From a virus, in IMG/VR virus record IMGVR_UViG_3300028536_000015, positions 1 through 64,000 of that record: DNA of 64,000 nt. One strand, given 5' to 3'. This document shows, piece by piece, positions 53,809 to 62,508 of the stretch (positions within the stretch are counted from its first letter, which is position 1; every line of letters starts with the position of its first letter). The notes under the pieces are model-generated. The model was given only the letters and a program-made list of their open reading frames with translations, ran no database searches and had not been told where the DNA came from. The translations under genes and the position numbers were made by a program.

Positions 53809-54523
53809 TACTACCCGTTCTGAAAACATTGATGCGTTGGTAGATGCGCTATCTAAGGCTCAAGCCAAGATCACCGCGCCAGATCGCAATCGCTCGGTTC
53901 ACGTAGATATGAAAGGTGGCGGGACTTACGATTTCTCGTATGCTACGCTTTCTCATATCATCGAAAAGATACGTGGTCCGCTGACCGAGAATGGTCTGTG
54001 GTTTACACAAATCATGAAAGAGGACCAGGGGACATACATCCTGGATACGCGCCTGATGCATTCAAGTGGCCAATGGATCGCTTGTCAGATGCCATTGATC
54101 TGGGATGGCATGGGCGGCAATCAGAAATTCGGTTCGGCGCTGACATTCATGCGGCGCTATGCCCTGACAAGCCTCTTGGGGATCGCAGCCGAAGAAGATG
54201 ACGACGCTAATGCGGCTGACGGCAACCAGATGACCGACCGTAAGCCGAACGCGCCTAAGCCTGATGTGATGAGCGACGCCGCTACCACCCAGCCGAAGAA
54301 ACTAACGGTGCCGGTCCCACTCCATCCCCTGTCGGGAGATTGGGCACTCTTTGGTCGCGCTCTTATTACCTACGTGAAGGATTCCAAAGACTATAAGGAG
54401 GCCGAACAGTGGATTTCTCATAATCAGGAAATCATGGATACCATGAAGACTGCGGCACCCAAGATGTGGACCAACCTGACTACCTCGCTGACCAAAGTCA
54501 TGGATGACAAAGGAGCGCAATAA
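53777..54523 (+). CDS. erf: ERF family ssDNA annealing protein
   Basis: YATL, LMHSSGQW and GSALTFMRRYALTSLLGIAAEEDDD. Confidence 0.88.
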   Translation: MEPSVLAPWIDTTRSENIDALVDALSKAQAKITAPDRNRSVHVDMKGGGTYDFSYATLSHIIEKIRGPLTENGLWFTQIMKEDQGTYILDTRLMHSSGQWIACQMPLIWDGMGGNQKFGSALTFMRRYALTSLLGIAAEEDDDANAADGNQMTDRKPNAPKPDVMSDAATTQPKKLTVPVPLHPLSGDWALFGRALITYVKDSKDYKEAEQWISHNQEIMDTMKTAAPKMWTNLTTSLTKVMDDKGAQ

Positions 54524-54828
54524 TGCCTGGGCCGTATCGAATTAGTGGCGCGATCTTTCCTAAAGAGATACCCAATGGTCCTGCGTTCGGTGGAACGATC
54601 GAGATCGAGGGCGTGAAATATAACATCTCACTCTGGGAGAAGACATCCAAAGCCGGTAACAGCTATCTACAAATATCGGAAGACAAACGAGCGGGTAATC
54701 TCCAAGGTAGCAGCGTCGGAACTAGTTCGGTGGCTAACAAGTTCAGGCGTCCTGCGGTAACGCCAGCACCAAGCCCCATAAACGACTTGGACGACGAAGA
54801 TATTCCGTTCGCCCCAGAGTTTAGATGA
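54523..54828 (+). CDS. SSB-like protein
   Basis: Compact beta fold plus DLDDEDIPF acidic tail. Confidence 0.65.
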   Translation: MPGPYRISGAIFPKEIPNGPAFGGTIEIEGVKYNISLWEKTSKAGNSYLQISEDKRAGNLQGSSVGTSSVANKFRRPAVTPAPSPINDLDDEDIPFAPEFR

Positions 54829-55154
54829 CCGACAACCGACCGACATCCGAGCGTTATCACGAAGCAGCCACAACATGGGTCGAGGCTGATGCTGCCGCGT
54901 CTCTTCTAGAGGAAACGCGGAGCGCGGTATTATCCGATATGGTCACGGAGATGCTATCCAAGAACATCAGTATGGCGGTTAACCGCGCTGAGGCCTTAGT
55001 TAAGTCATCTTCCAGGTGGAGAGCATTCGTCACCGAAATGGTCGAACTAAGACGCAAAGCCAATATGGCCAAGATTACCACGGAATATATTCGCATGCGG
55101 CATTCAGAAGAGATGTCGCAAGAAGCAACACATAGAGCGGCGAGCAGAATATGA
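54825..55154 (+). CDS. Coiled-coil recombination-module protein
   Basis: ATGA overlap; ASLLEETRSAVL. Confidence 0.6.
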   Translation: MTDNRPTSERYHEAATTWVEADAAASLLEETRSAVLSDMVTEMLSKNISMAVNRAEALVKSSSRWRAFVTEMVELRRKANMAKITTEYIRMRHSEEMSQEATHRAASRI

Positions 55155-55462
55155 GTGATATCATGAAACTTCTAGATGAAATTAGCGACCGTGAGCGCGA
55201 GATCAATGATTATGCCAAAGAGCATCGCCTGAAAATCGTCTCCGATCTTATCCAGTACGCATGCGCGCCATATGGCGGAAGTGCTGAAGGGGGCCTTGAT
55301 ATTGACGGCCTGATTAAGGATGCCGTCAAGCTTTCTCGGTTCGTTGAGCGCGGAGAAGCCAAAACCACTCATGCGCCCGAGATCACGATGAGGCCTTCTG
55401 GTAAAAAGCCCAAAGCAAAGCGTCCCTATGTCAAGCGGAGCAAGTTTTGGAAGAAGAAGTAG
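55151..55462 (+). CDS. Hypothetical protein
   Basis: Coupled ORF with a basic tail. Confidence 0.6.
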   Translation: MSDIMKLLDEISDREREINDYAKEHRLKIVSDLIQYACAPYGGSAEGGLDIDGLIKDAVKLSRFVERGEAKTTHAPEITMRPSGKKPKAKRPYVKRSKFWKKK

Positions 55463-55647
55463 ACTATCTCAAGATAAAACTAACGGAGACTCAAAAGAAG
55501 GTCCTCCTGGCTTTGTATGGAGACTCTGATCATCATCCATGTCTTAAGGTGTCAGAGATCGCGAAAAGAACCGATCTCTCGTTTGATGAAGTCCTCAAGG
55601 CTATTGGATTTCTGGAGCATGTTGGTTTTGCGGCTCAAAAAGATTGA
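55447..55647 (+). CDS. Winged-HTH protein
   Basis: LTETQKKVLLAL...SEIAKRTDLS..V..AI..LE. Confidence 0.55.
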   Translation: MEEEVDYLKIKLTETQKKVLLALYGDSDHHPCLKVSEIAKRTDLSFDEVLKAIGFLEHVGFAAQKD

Positions 55648-56009
55648 TGCGTAAGGAATTCTCACGTCGAGTAAAGTTCCAAGCGTTCAAGCGATGCTGC
55701 AATGACAAGGGCGTGCCATATTGCGAGATATGCGGCATTCCCTTGTCCGCAGGTAACCTGACTTACGATCATCGGGTACCTGACGGTCTTGGCGGCGACC
55801 CAACGTTAGAGAATTGCCAAGTAATCTGTATCAAGATTTGCCACAGAAAGAAAACCCACGAAGAAGATAACCTTGTCATGAAAAAAGCAGATAGGGTCCT
55901 AAAGAAGACGTTTGGTATCTCTACCCGTAAAGGGCGCCCCATTCCGGGCTCCAAGGCTAGCGGCTTCAAGAGGAAGTTCGACGGAACAGTCGTGAAGAGG
56001 GAAAGATGA
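55644..56009 (+). CDS. HNH endonuclease (Zn-binding type)
   Basis: CEICG, YDH, LENCQVIC..CH..KT. Confidence 0.8.
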   Translation: MMRKEFSRRVKFQAFKRCCNDKGVPYCEICGIPLSAGNLTYDHRVPDGLGGDPTLENCQVICIKICHRKKTHEEDNLVMKKADRVLKKTFGISTRKGRPIPGSKASGFKRKFDGTVVKRER

Positions 56010-56266
56010 CAGAGGAAGATATCAAGAAGTTTGTCGCGGAGCGCGATGAGGTGCTGCTCTCTGGCGATCTGGAGCGCGTTCTAGCTTTCCACAAGAAGCA
56101 TAACCCAAGCCTTATTGCGGTCGCTCAACCAGATAATATGGTCTTGGAGGCGTCCATGCATAAGGCTAGGACCGCAGCCAAGAGCTTGCCGATTGAGGCA
56201 CGCAAAGTATCCAAGGCGTGGCTTCTGGAGCATGGCTTCACGTCGCTGGATGATGGTGATCTATGA
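56006..56266 (+). CDS. Hypothetical protein
   Basis: MHKAR ... SKAWL. Confidence 0.6.
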   Translation: MTEEDIKKFVAERDEVLLSGDLERVLAFHKKHNPSLIAVAQPDNMVLEASMHKARTAAKSLPIEARKVSKAWLLEHGFTSLDDGDL

Positions 56267-56937
56267 GAAGTCTTGTTCCGGTAACCCCACGCGAGAGATG
56301 GGTTCATTACAGCAGCCGTCCTGATCAGATCGTGTTCTATGATACTGATTATTCGAAGGCCAAGGGTGAGCATGGGCATTTCAAACCTATTGGCCTATGG
56401 ATAACGCCTTATAGCCAAGAGGATAATTGGTTCGAATGGTCTATGGGGGAAGAGTTTCGGATCAGTGAGCTGAACTACGTTCATGACGTAGAGCTTGCCG
56501 CTTGTGCTAATATCCTAAGGATAGCTAGCGTAGAGGGCTTGGATGCGTTCTCTCAGGAGTATGCGATAGACCTGTTCTCTAATAATCAAAAAGCTATAAG
56601 CCCCACTACGGGCGAGCGGCTAGAGAGTTGGATGTACTGCGATTGGCCGCGTCTGGCCCAGAGTTACGATGGGATCATGATCAGTCCGTATCAGAAGTCT
56701 CGCAGGCTAATGACCCATAATGGGAGCAGGACGGATTGGTACTATTCGTGGGACTGTGCTTCCGGGTGCATATGGAACGCAAGGGCGATCGAGAGTATTA
56801 ATCTGCGCTCTACTGTCTCTGCGGGCTATGTTGAGAAACCAAGACGTAGTATAACGGAGATGATGAGTGAACTTAAATCTGCCGTGGATGAGATCGCTGA
56901 TGTCACCAATCCATCACAAGTACGTACAGCACCTTAG
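56263..56937 (+). CDS. Conserved phage hypothetical protein
   Basis: KPIGLW, DW..LAQSYDGI and WDCASGCIWN. Confidence 0.65.
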   Translation: MRSLVPVTPRERWVHYSSRPDQIVFYDTDYSKAKGEHGHFKPIGLWITPYSQEDNWFEWSMGEEFRISELNYVHDVELAACANILRIASVEGLDAFSQEYAIDLFSNNQKAISPTTGERLESWMYCDWPRLAQSYDGIMISPYQKSRRLMTHNGSRTDWYYSWDCASGCIWNARAIESINLRSTVSAGYVEKPRRSITEMMSELKSAVDEIADVTNPSQVRTAP

Positions 56938-57034
56938 CTGTATTATGCTTGTCGTAGATGTGCGGTATGATCGCCACCATAGGCATCATGATCGACACTA
57001 CGAAATCTTTCTAACCCCAAACAGGAGAAGCAAA

Positions 57035-57352
57035 TTGGCAAATGTAACTGTAAGTGTAGGCCACACCGTTGACTTCGCTCTGGTGTTCCTTGACCAGAAC
57101 GGCAACCCGATGCTCGTAACCCCAACCCCGGACACCCCGCCGACCTGGACCGATACCACGCCTGCTACCGGCACTCTGACGCCGGCTGCGAGCGGCCTGA
57201 CTGCTCAGGAAAGCGCTCTTGCTGTGGGAACGGACACTGTAAGTGTCACGCTCACGGTGGGAGGCGTTTCGTTTTCCGCCTCGATCGACCTGACCGTACA
57301 GGCAGCGCCACAAGTGCTGACCAGTGTACAGATCACAGGTACCGCTAATTAA
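57035..57352 (+). CDS. Thr-rich Ig-like protein
   Basis: AGGAGA plus TTG at 57035; all-beta composition. Confidence 0.6.
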   Translation: MANVTVSVGHTVDFALVFLDQNGNPMLVTPTPDTPPTWTDTTPATGTLTPAASGLTAQESALAVGTDTVSVTLTVGGVSFSASIDLTVQAAPQVLTSVQITGTAN

Positions 57353-57385
57353 TGGGAAGGTCGAGGGTCTAAACCTGAAGCGTCC

Positions 57386-57426
57386 AAATATGCAGGGAGC
57401 TTCAAAAACTTCCTGCATATTTTTTA
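57386..57426 (+). terminator. Intrinsic terminator
   Basis: AAATATGCAGGGAG ... CTTCCTGCATATTT followed by a T run. Confidence 0.55.
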
Positions 57427-57911
57427 TGATGATATGAGACAACTTGATTAGGGTTCACGATCACATAGCCAGAGATATGTCTTTCGTGCACCAGGGTTCT
57501 ATGCCCATAATTTGAGTCGTGGACCAGCCAGACATCCCCGCCCCGATGTTCCATCAGCACCATCACATGATGCCTCCTGGCTGCGGCCATGCCCGGTGAG
57601 GCTATGGCCCTGGGGAACCTGTCGATCCACTCAGCAGCGCGGTTCAGGGGCTCTATGATACGCCCAAACAGATACAGAGAGGCTCCGCAGCCACAGAACG
57701 CATGGGGGCATCCCTCTGGGCGTCCACCGATGACCGTTCCAGCGTCGTAGCTGGCAGTAGCATAGTGTCTATGATGCCGGGAATGGTGGTGAGCATGATG
57801 AACGCCATGGCGAGCGCCATGGTGGCGCTGATGATGATGCCTAGCCTCTGCGGGAGAGATAGAGAGAGTAAAAGCGATGATCGAGAGTAGGATACATACT
57901 GTTCTAGCCAC
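57402..57911 (-). CDS. Secreted His-rich protein with CHAP/NlpC-like Cys-His domain
   Basis: Signal peptide (AEA), His run, FCGC ... W ... PG ... HV ... DSN. Confidence 0.6.
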   Translation of the reverse strand: MARTVCILLSIIAFTLSISPAEARHHHQRHHGARHGVHHAHHHSRHHRHYATASYDAGTVIGGRPEGCPHAFCGCGASLYLFGRIIEPLNRAAEWIDRFPRAIASPGMAAARRHHVMVLMEHRGGDVWLVHDSNYGHRTLVHERHISGYVIVNPNQVVSYHHKKYAGSF

Positions 57912-58252
57912 TACGGATATTCCCCATCTATTCCCGGTTTTCTCTCCCCCGGCCTTTTGGTAATCCAGCCGTTTCCCCTGCGCAAATCCTCTACTATTCG
58001 ATGTAGAAGGATATAATTATCGCTTAGCGAGTCTAGTTTAGTGGTCTGGATCGCTTGCAGGACGATGATCTCGGATAGCTTTTTGATCTCTGCCTGCATG
58101 CCAGCAATGTCCTTGGCTTGGTTCAAAAGAGATAGCTCGACCCGCGAGGTTGATCGGCCTACCGTAAACAAACCTATGCCGACGCTACCAACAATAGCGA
58201 TGATCTCGCCAACCTTTAGTGCAACATCCAACGTACTGGCGCTGGCGTCCAT
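57911..58252 (-). CDS. Membrane-anchored coiled-coil protein (lysis module)
   Basis: N-terminal TM. Confidence 0.6.
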   Translation of the reverse strand: MDASASTLDVALKVGEIIAIVGSVGIGLFTVGRSTSRVELSLLNQAKDIAGMQAEIKKLSEIIVLQAIQTTKLDSLSDNYILLHRIVEDLRRGNGWITKRPGERKPGIDGEYP

Positions 58253-58262
58253 CGCTTACCTC

Positions 58263-58469
58263 TTAAGTCTTAGGGCAGTTGTCTACATAGAACTGTTCGT
58301 TCTCAAGCAGGCGTCTTTTTACGCCAATAGGGGCAATGATCTTTGAGTCCCCTTTTTCAACGATTACCTTGTTGTAAATCAGACAGAAGGAATCGATCTC
58401 ATCCTGAGTGCAGCTACTTTGGCTCAAGGCCAGTAAGCTGAGCATCAACAGCATCAGAAGTGAGCGCAT
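58263..58469 (-). CDS. Putative o-spanin (Rz1-like lipoprotein)
   Basis: Hydrophobic signal plus Cys; overlaps the upstream gene in another frame. Confidence 0.55.
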   Translation of the reverse strand: MRSLLMLLMLSLLALSQSSCTQDEIDSFCLIYNKVIVEKGDSKIIAPIGVKRRLLENEQFYVDNCPKT

Positions 58470-58641
58470 TGATTTGGTCCTTCAGGGTCTTCATCGTGGC
58501 GGTCTTTGTTAGAATAGATGCGGAGACCTTGGCGATCTCCGCATCCGTCCCAGCCTGGAATGATTTTGCATCATGAGCTTCACTCATGAGATTATTCACG
58601 AGCTTCAGAACCAACAAAATAATCTCAGGCCAAGTAAACAA
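58414..58641 (-). CDS. Putative i-spanin (Rz-like)
   Basis: TTG at 58641; hydrophobic N-terminus plus helical region. Confidence 0.5.
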   Translation of the reverse strand: MFTWPEIILLVLKLVNNLMSEAHDAKSFQAGTDAEIAKVSASILTKTATMKTLKDQINALTSDAVDAQLTGLEPK

Positions 58642-58642
58642 A

Positions 58643-58813
58643 TCACGAGTCCTTCGGGAGGTTAGGAACCAAGAAAACAAGGATAGGCGTAAGAACACCA
58701 ACGATGCCATTGACCATGGACTCTGAGAGACCGAAGTGAAGGCCAAACAAGTTGGCAAGCGTTACCCCGCCCATGATGACACCGACGATGGCTTTGTCGA
58801 ACGTCGTATACAT
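58643..58813 (-). CDS. Putative holin
   Basis: 56 aa, two TMs, ends LVPN; follows the endolysin. Confidence 0.6.
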   Translation of the reverse strand: MYTTFDKAIVGVIMGGVTLANLFGLHFGLSESMVNGIVGVLTPILVFLVPNLPKDS

Positions 58814-58814
58814 T

Positions 58815-59486
58815 TTATGTTCTCCTGAAGATTGACGATAGAGAAGACATGATACTTGCGAATAACGAAGGGGGAGGCTGTACTTTTTGTACGAGAGGCG
58901 ATGCGGGAGGTTTTGCCCCATTAGACAAGACTGAAGGGTCGATCGACTTCATGGCCAACAGTAACCCGGCGCACCCCAATTGTCTATCGACAACATCGGG
59001 GTCGAATACCCCATCCCTGATATATTTGCCGCTGGTATATTGGTTGGTGCCAGACCAGACGTAAGGAGAAGCGATTCCTCTGTTCGCGTAACCGAGCCCA
59101 TTGTACTCTTCCAGCATTGTTAGAGTGCCGCCAATGCTCCAATCCTTGTTTCTGGCAGCAAATGGAGCGCAATTGACCAAGGCATCTACGGCGGCTTCTT
59201 CCCATGAGCTAAATGGCCCGCGACCGGCAGGAACATGAACCGATACTTCATTCCAGGGATCGCCTTGAGCAAGAGAGCTATGCCAGTTCTGACTGGCCTC
59301 TCGTTCGTGCACCACAGCGATAAACCACCAGGGGACGCCAGTCTGGACAGATACTTGCTGGTAACTAGCTTTGGCGCTGATTAGGCGACGCGCGACATCA
59401 AGAAACTGCGTGCCGTGATCGGGGTTGATCCTGGCTTTCAGCCATCTTGCCGTATTGAGGCTTTTGAGCTTACTGAGATCAGCCAT
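58815..59486 (-). CDS. Endolysin, lysozyme family
   Basis: VPWWFIAVVHERE, QGDP, PAGRGPF, EYNGLGY and SPYVWSGT. Confidence 0.85.
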   Translation of the reverse strand: MADLSKLKSLNTARWLKARINPDHGTQFLDVARRLISAKASYQQVSVQTGVPWWFIAVVHEREASQNWHSSLAQGDPWNEVSVHVPAGRGPFSSWEEAAVDALVNCAPFAARNKDWSIGGTLTMLEEYNGLGYANRGIASPYVWSGTNQYTSGKYIRDGVFDPDVVDRQLGCAGLLLAMKSIDPSVLSNGAKPPASPLVQKVQPPPSLFASIMSSLSSIFRRT

Positions 59487-59487
59487 G

Positions 59488-60453
59488 TCAAGCGGCGCGA
59501 ATCATGGTTATTCCCCCTGCATATCCTGGTATCGGACTAGCAACAATGGCCTGAGAACCATTTGTATACGTGAGTGAATTAACCCCAGAAGCAAAGAATG
59601 ATTGACCCCATACGTTATTAATGGCGGCAAGAATATTGCCGCTACCACCAGGATTGCCGATGTTAAAGTTTGAGTTAAATGTATTGCCGGAATTACTAAC
59701 AGGAGCAAAAATAGAACTGCTCCCATTAGGAAAAACCGTAACAGTCCCGGTCGCGGTAAGAGAGGGTATCTGGCTTGATCCAAGATTAATACCGTTACTA
59801 CCGCCTGAAGCAAACAACGTATTTCCGTCAATGCCAGCGCCAGCAGTTGTAAGATTGCTGGTTCCCTGATTTAGGGCAAATCTGGATTTTCCCCGAGTAT
59901 CAGGAAGGGTATTGCCTCCAAGCAAATTAGCAAGAATCGGATATGTCGCAGAACTAAAGGTGGCTCCAGTACAATTGAGATATGGGGCTTTAGTACATGC
60001 ACCGATCCATGAAGGAACTTGAGTTCCAGCATAGTCCCAATACTGACCTATGTTGCCCAGATTACGGAAGTTTACGGTGGTTCCATCATAGAAAACATCT
60101 TGTGTTCCTGGAGGAAGTCCAATGCCTTGGCCGGATGCGCCGGTAGAAATAAGAACGGCACAAAAGCTTGAAGGAGAATTGAGTAACTGATTGTCCACCG
60201 TCCAGAATTTATAGATACTAGGGAGAAATATCTGAACAATTCCAAGAAGCGTACCCGTCAATCGAATGACGGAGTTTTGTGCTTGTGATGCAGTTAGAGT
60301 AACTGGGGTGCTGCTCAGCGCCAAGGTTGTTACGCTGCCAAAGGCCTGATCGATAATCCCCGTATTTCCATTGACGGGGATGTCCCATACGCCCGTATCA
60401 GTACCTCTGATAGGCTGAGCAAGGACTAGGTTTGGGGTCGTCGGATCGGGCAT
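59488..60453 (-). CDS. Tail fibre protein with tail-collar domain
   Basis: YLNCTGATFSSATYPILANLLG..LPDTRG. Confidence 0.7.
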   Translation of the reverse strand: MPDPTTPNLVLAQPIRGTDTGVWDIPVNGNTGIIDQAFGSVTTLALSSTPVTLTASQAQNSVIRLTGTLLGIVQIFLPSIYKFWTVDNQLLNSPSSFCAVLISTGASGQGIGLPPGTQDVFYDGTTVNFRNLGNIGQYWDYAGTQVPSWIGACTKAPYLNCTGATFSSATYPILANLLGGNTLPDTRGKSRFALNQGTSNLTTAGAGIDGNTLFASGGSNGINLGSSQIPSLTATGTVTVFPNGSSSIFAPVSNSGNTFNSNFNIGNPGGSGNILAAINNVWGQSFFASGVNSLTYTNGSQAIVASPIPGYAGGITMIRAA

Positions 60454-62508
60454 CTATTTACTCCACAGCGGAGTGGCGGAAGTGAACGCGCTCACCATCT
60501 TGTCTTTATCAAGTCCTGTGGAATTTGAAAGAGAGATGGCGAAGTTACGGGCTGCCGTCTCGACGGCCCTGGGGACCTTGCCGGCGGTCCAGAGCGCGGG
60601 GTTATGGATGTATCGCTCCATGGCACGCGAAAAGGCCGTTGCCGATCTGGCCGTTGCAGGACGCGCCAGAATAGAAGCCAATATGGCTCCCGTTCCAAGC
60701 TCCCCTGCCGTATTCAAGTAATTACCTTCTTTGTAATCATTATAGAGACCCAAAGCCGCGCCAGCCCCCATCAGATAGGGTCCTGTGCGGGAAGTGTTTC
60801 GGAACTGATTTACGTTAGTCACAGCTCTTCCCAGGTTCAGGATCGCATCATAGGCATCGCGTCTTGGATTGCCGGCTACGCCAAACATGGCATCGCGACC
60901 CGCATTGGACATCTTACCATCCGCCGAAAGAAGCCGCTGAATACTAAAGTCACCCGCATCATTGGCGCCCATGCGACCTAAAACAGACCCCTGAATTCTC
61001 TCCCAGTCGGCGGGACGCATGGTATTTCTCAGTGCCGCGATAGCACCCACGTTGGGTCTGGGAGAGTTGATATTTCTGAATATCGTATCTGCCGCAGAGG
61101 TATCGCCAGTACCCTTACCGATCGCCGTCGTGATCTGATCGGAGATGTCTTTCCCAATAGAATGCTGAGCATTAGCCCGCTGCCAGAGGCTCACAGCCCG
61201 CTGGCCGCCCTGAGCCCTGACGATGTCCTCCATGTCTTTGGTGATCGCAGAAATAGTCCCGACATAATCCGCGTATTGCGTGTCAGCTTTGCCCTGCATG
61301 CTTCTCCACTTTGTATAAAGATTGGTACGCAGGTCTTTGAGGGCTGGGTAACTTAGACCTCCGGCATGGTTAACCGCTTCCATGGCTTGTGTCAGGATAG
61401 GTCCTGGGTTCCCGCCATACTGACCTAGGCGGTTCATCTGATTGGCCGTTTCCTGCCATAGCGCCATAGGGATTTGCTGGGCATGCGGGTTCGGCAGCGC
61501 ATTGGTAACGGCATTATAGTTTTGCTCGGATATTCGCTTGCTAGCCGTCGTGAAGTCGTTCTTAGCTTGATTGGCGGCTTGCGAAGCCGAAGTCCTTAAT
61601 TCGGTAGGCGTTCCAGGACCTACAAATCGATCCCGGATACCCCTGATGCCTTCAATCGCGCGTTCGCCTGCCGCGTGAAGGCTGGTTCCTACTCCAGGAA
61701 GGTGGCTCAGGTTCTCGCCCGCTGCCTGCAAAATCGGACTATCGGTCACCATGTAATGCGGTAACTGGACTCCATAACGATTGGCGGCGTCAATAATAGC
61801 CTGTCTGGCAGCAGTAGCCACACGAGGGCCGAACGCAGCATTCGTGGGGGCACCCAGAGTAGCGCCAAAGGCAGCGCCTTCCCCTGCGCTCTTGGGAATA
61901 TCAGACGCCTCAGGAGCCTCGCCAGCGCCACGGAGAGCCCCTTGAAGTGCGCCCATGCCAGCGCCTCTTAACGCCCGCGCTCCCATCGTCGCGCCACGGA
62001 AAGCTGAACCTCCAGGTATCGCCATAGAACCCGCAATATCAGAGCCTGTAGCAATCGCAGGATGTTGGGCAGCGGACTCTTCCAGAGCTTTTCGGTGCTC
62101 ATCTCGCGCCTTTGTGTACGCTTCGGACGCGTCTTTATCTCCACTGATAAGCTTCTGGTAGCCCATTCGTGCCAAGCCACGAATGGCTTGCTCTGGCAAA
62201 ATGGGCATCCACTCCGGAGAACCTTCCGCTATGCCGGAAGCCGCCTTAAGACCTGCCATCTCATCGCTGAAGCCAGAAGTCAGCCCATGAACACCATGGA
62301 GCGCAGCGGACTCTAATGAGCCGTATTCTTTTGTGGGAGGCGTCTTATTAATGGGCTCATCCAGAGAACCAAAGAATGCTGCCGGACCAACCTTAGAGGG
62401 CGGCGGTTCACCCTGATAAACGTCAATGCGGCCACCTCCACTAGGAGGGGCAGGCGTCGCATCATTGCTATCTAGAGAGTTAAAGAAATCTCCGGGGCCA
62501 GCCATCAC
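60454..62508 (-). CDS. Putative DNA ejection/internal virion protein
   Basis: 684 aa, Ala/Gly-rich helical; GLTSGFSDE motif; NTSRTG. Confidence 0.6.
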   Translation of the reverse strand: MMAGPGDFFNSLDSNDATPAPPSGGGRIDVYQGEPPPSKVGPAAFFGSLDEPINKTPPTKEYGSLESAALHGVHGLTSGFSDEMAGLKAASGIAEGSPEWMPILPEQAIRGLARMGYQKLISGDKDASEAYTKARDEHRKALEESAAQHPAIATGSDIAGSMAIPGGSAFRGATMGARALRGAGMGALQGALRGAGEAPEASDIPKSAGEGAAFGATLGAPTNAAFGPRVATAARQAIIDAANRYGVQLPHYMVTDSPILQAAGENLSHLPGVGTSLHAAGERAIEGIRGIRDRFVGPGTPTELRTSASQAANQAKNDFTTASKRISEQNYNAVTNALPNPHAQQIPMALWQETANQMNRLGQYGGNPGPILTQAMEAVNHAGGLSYPALKDLRTNLYTKWRSMQGKADTQYADYVGTISAITKDMEDIVRAQGGQRAVSLWQRANAQHSIGKDISDQITTAIGKGTGDTSAADTIFRNINSPRPNVGAIAALRNTMRPADWERIQGSVLGRMGANDAGDFSIQRLLSADGKMSNAGRDAMFGVAGNPRRDAYDAILNLGRAVTNVNQFRNTSRTGPYLMGAGAALGLYNDYKEGNYLNTAGELGTGAILASILARPATARSATAFSRAMERYIHNPALWTAGKVPRAVETAARNFAISLSNSTGLDKDKMVSAFTSATPLWSK

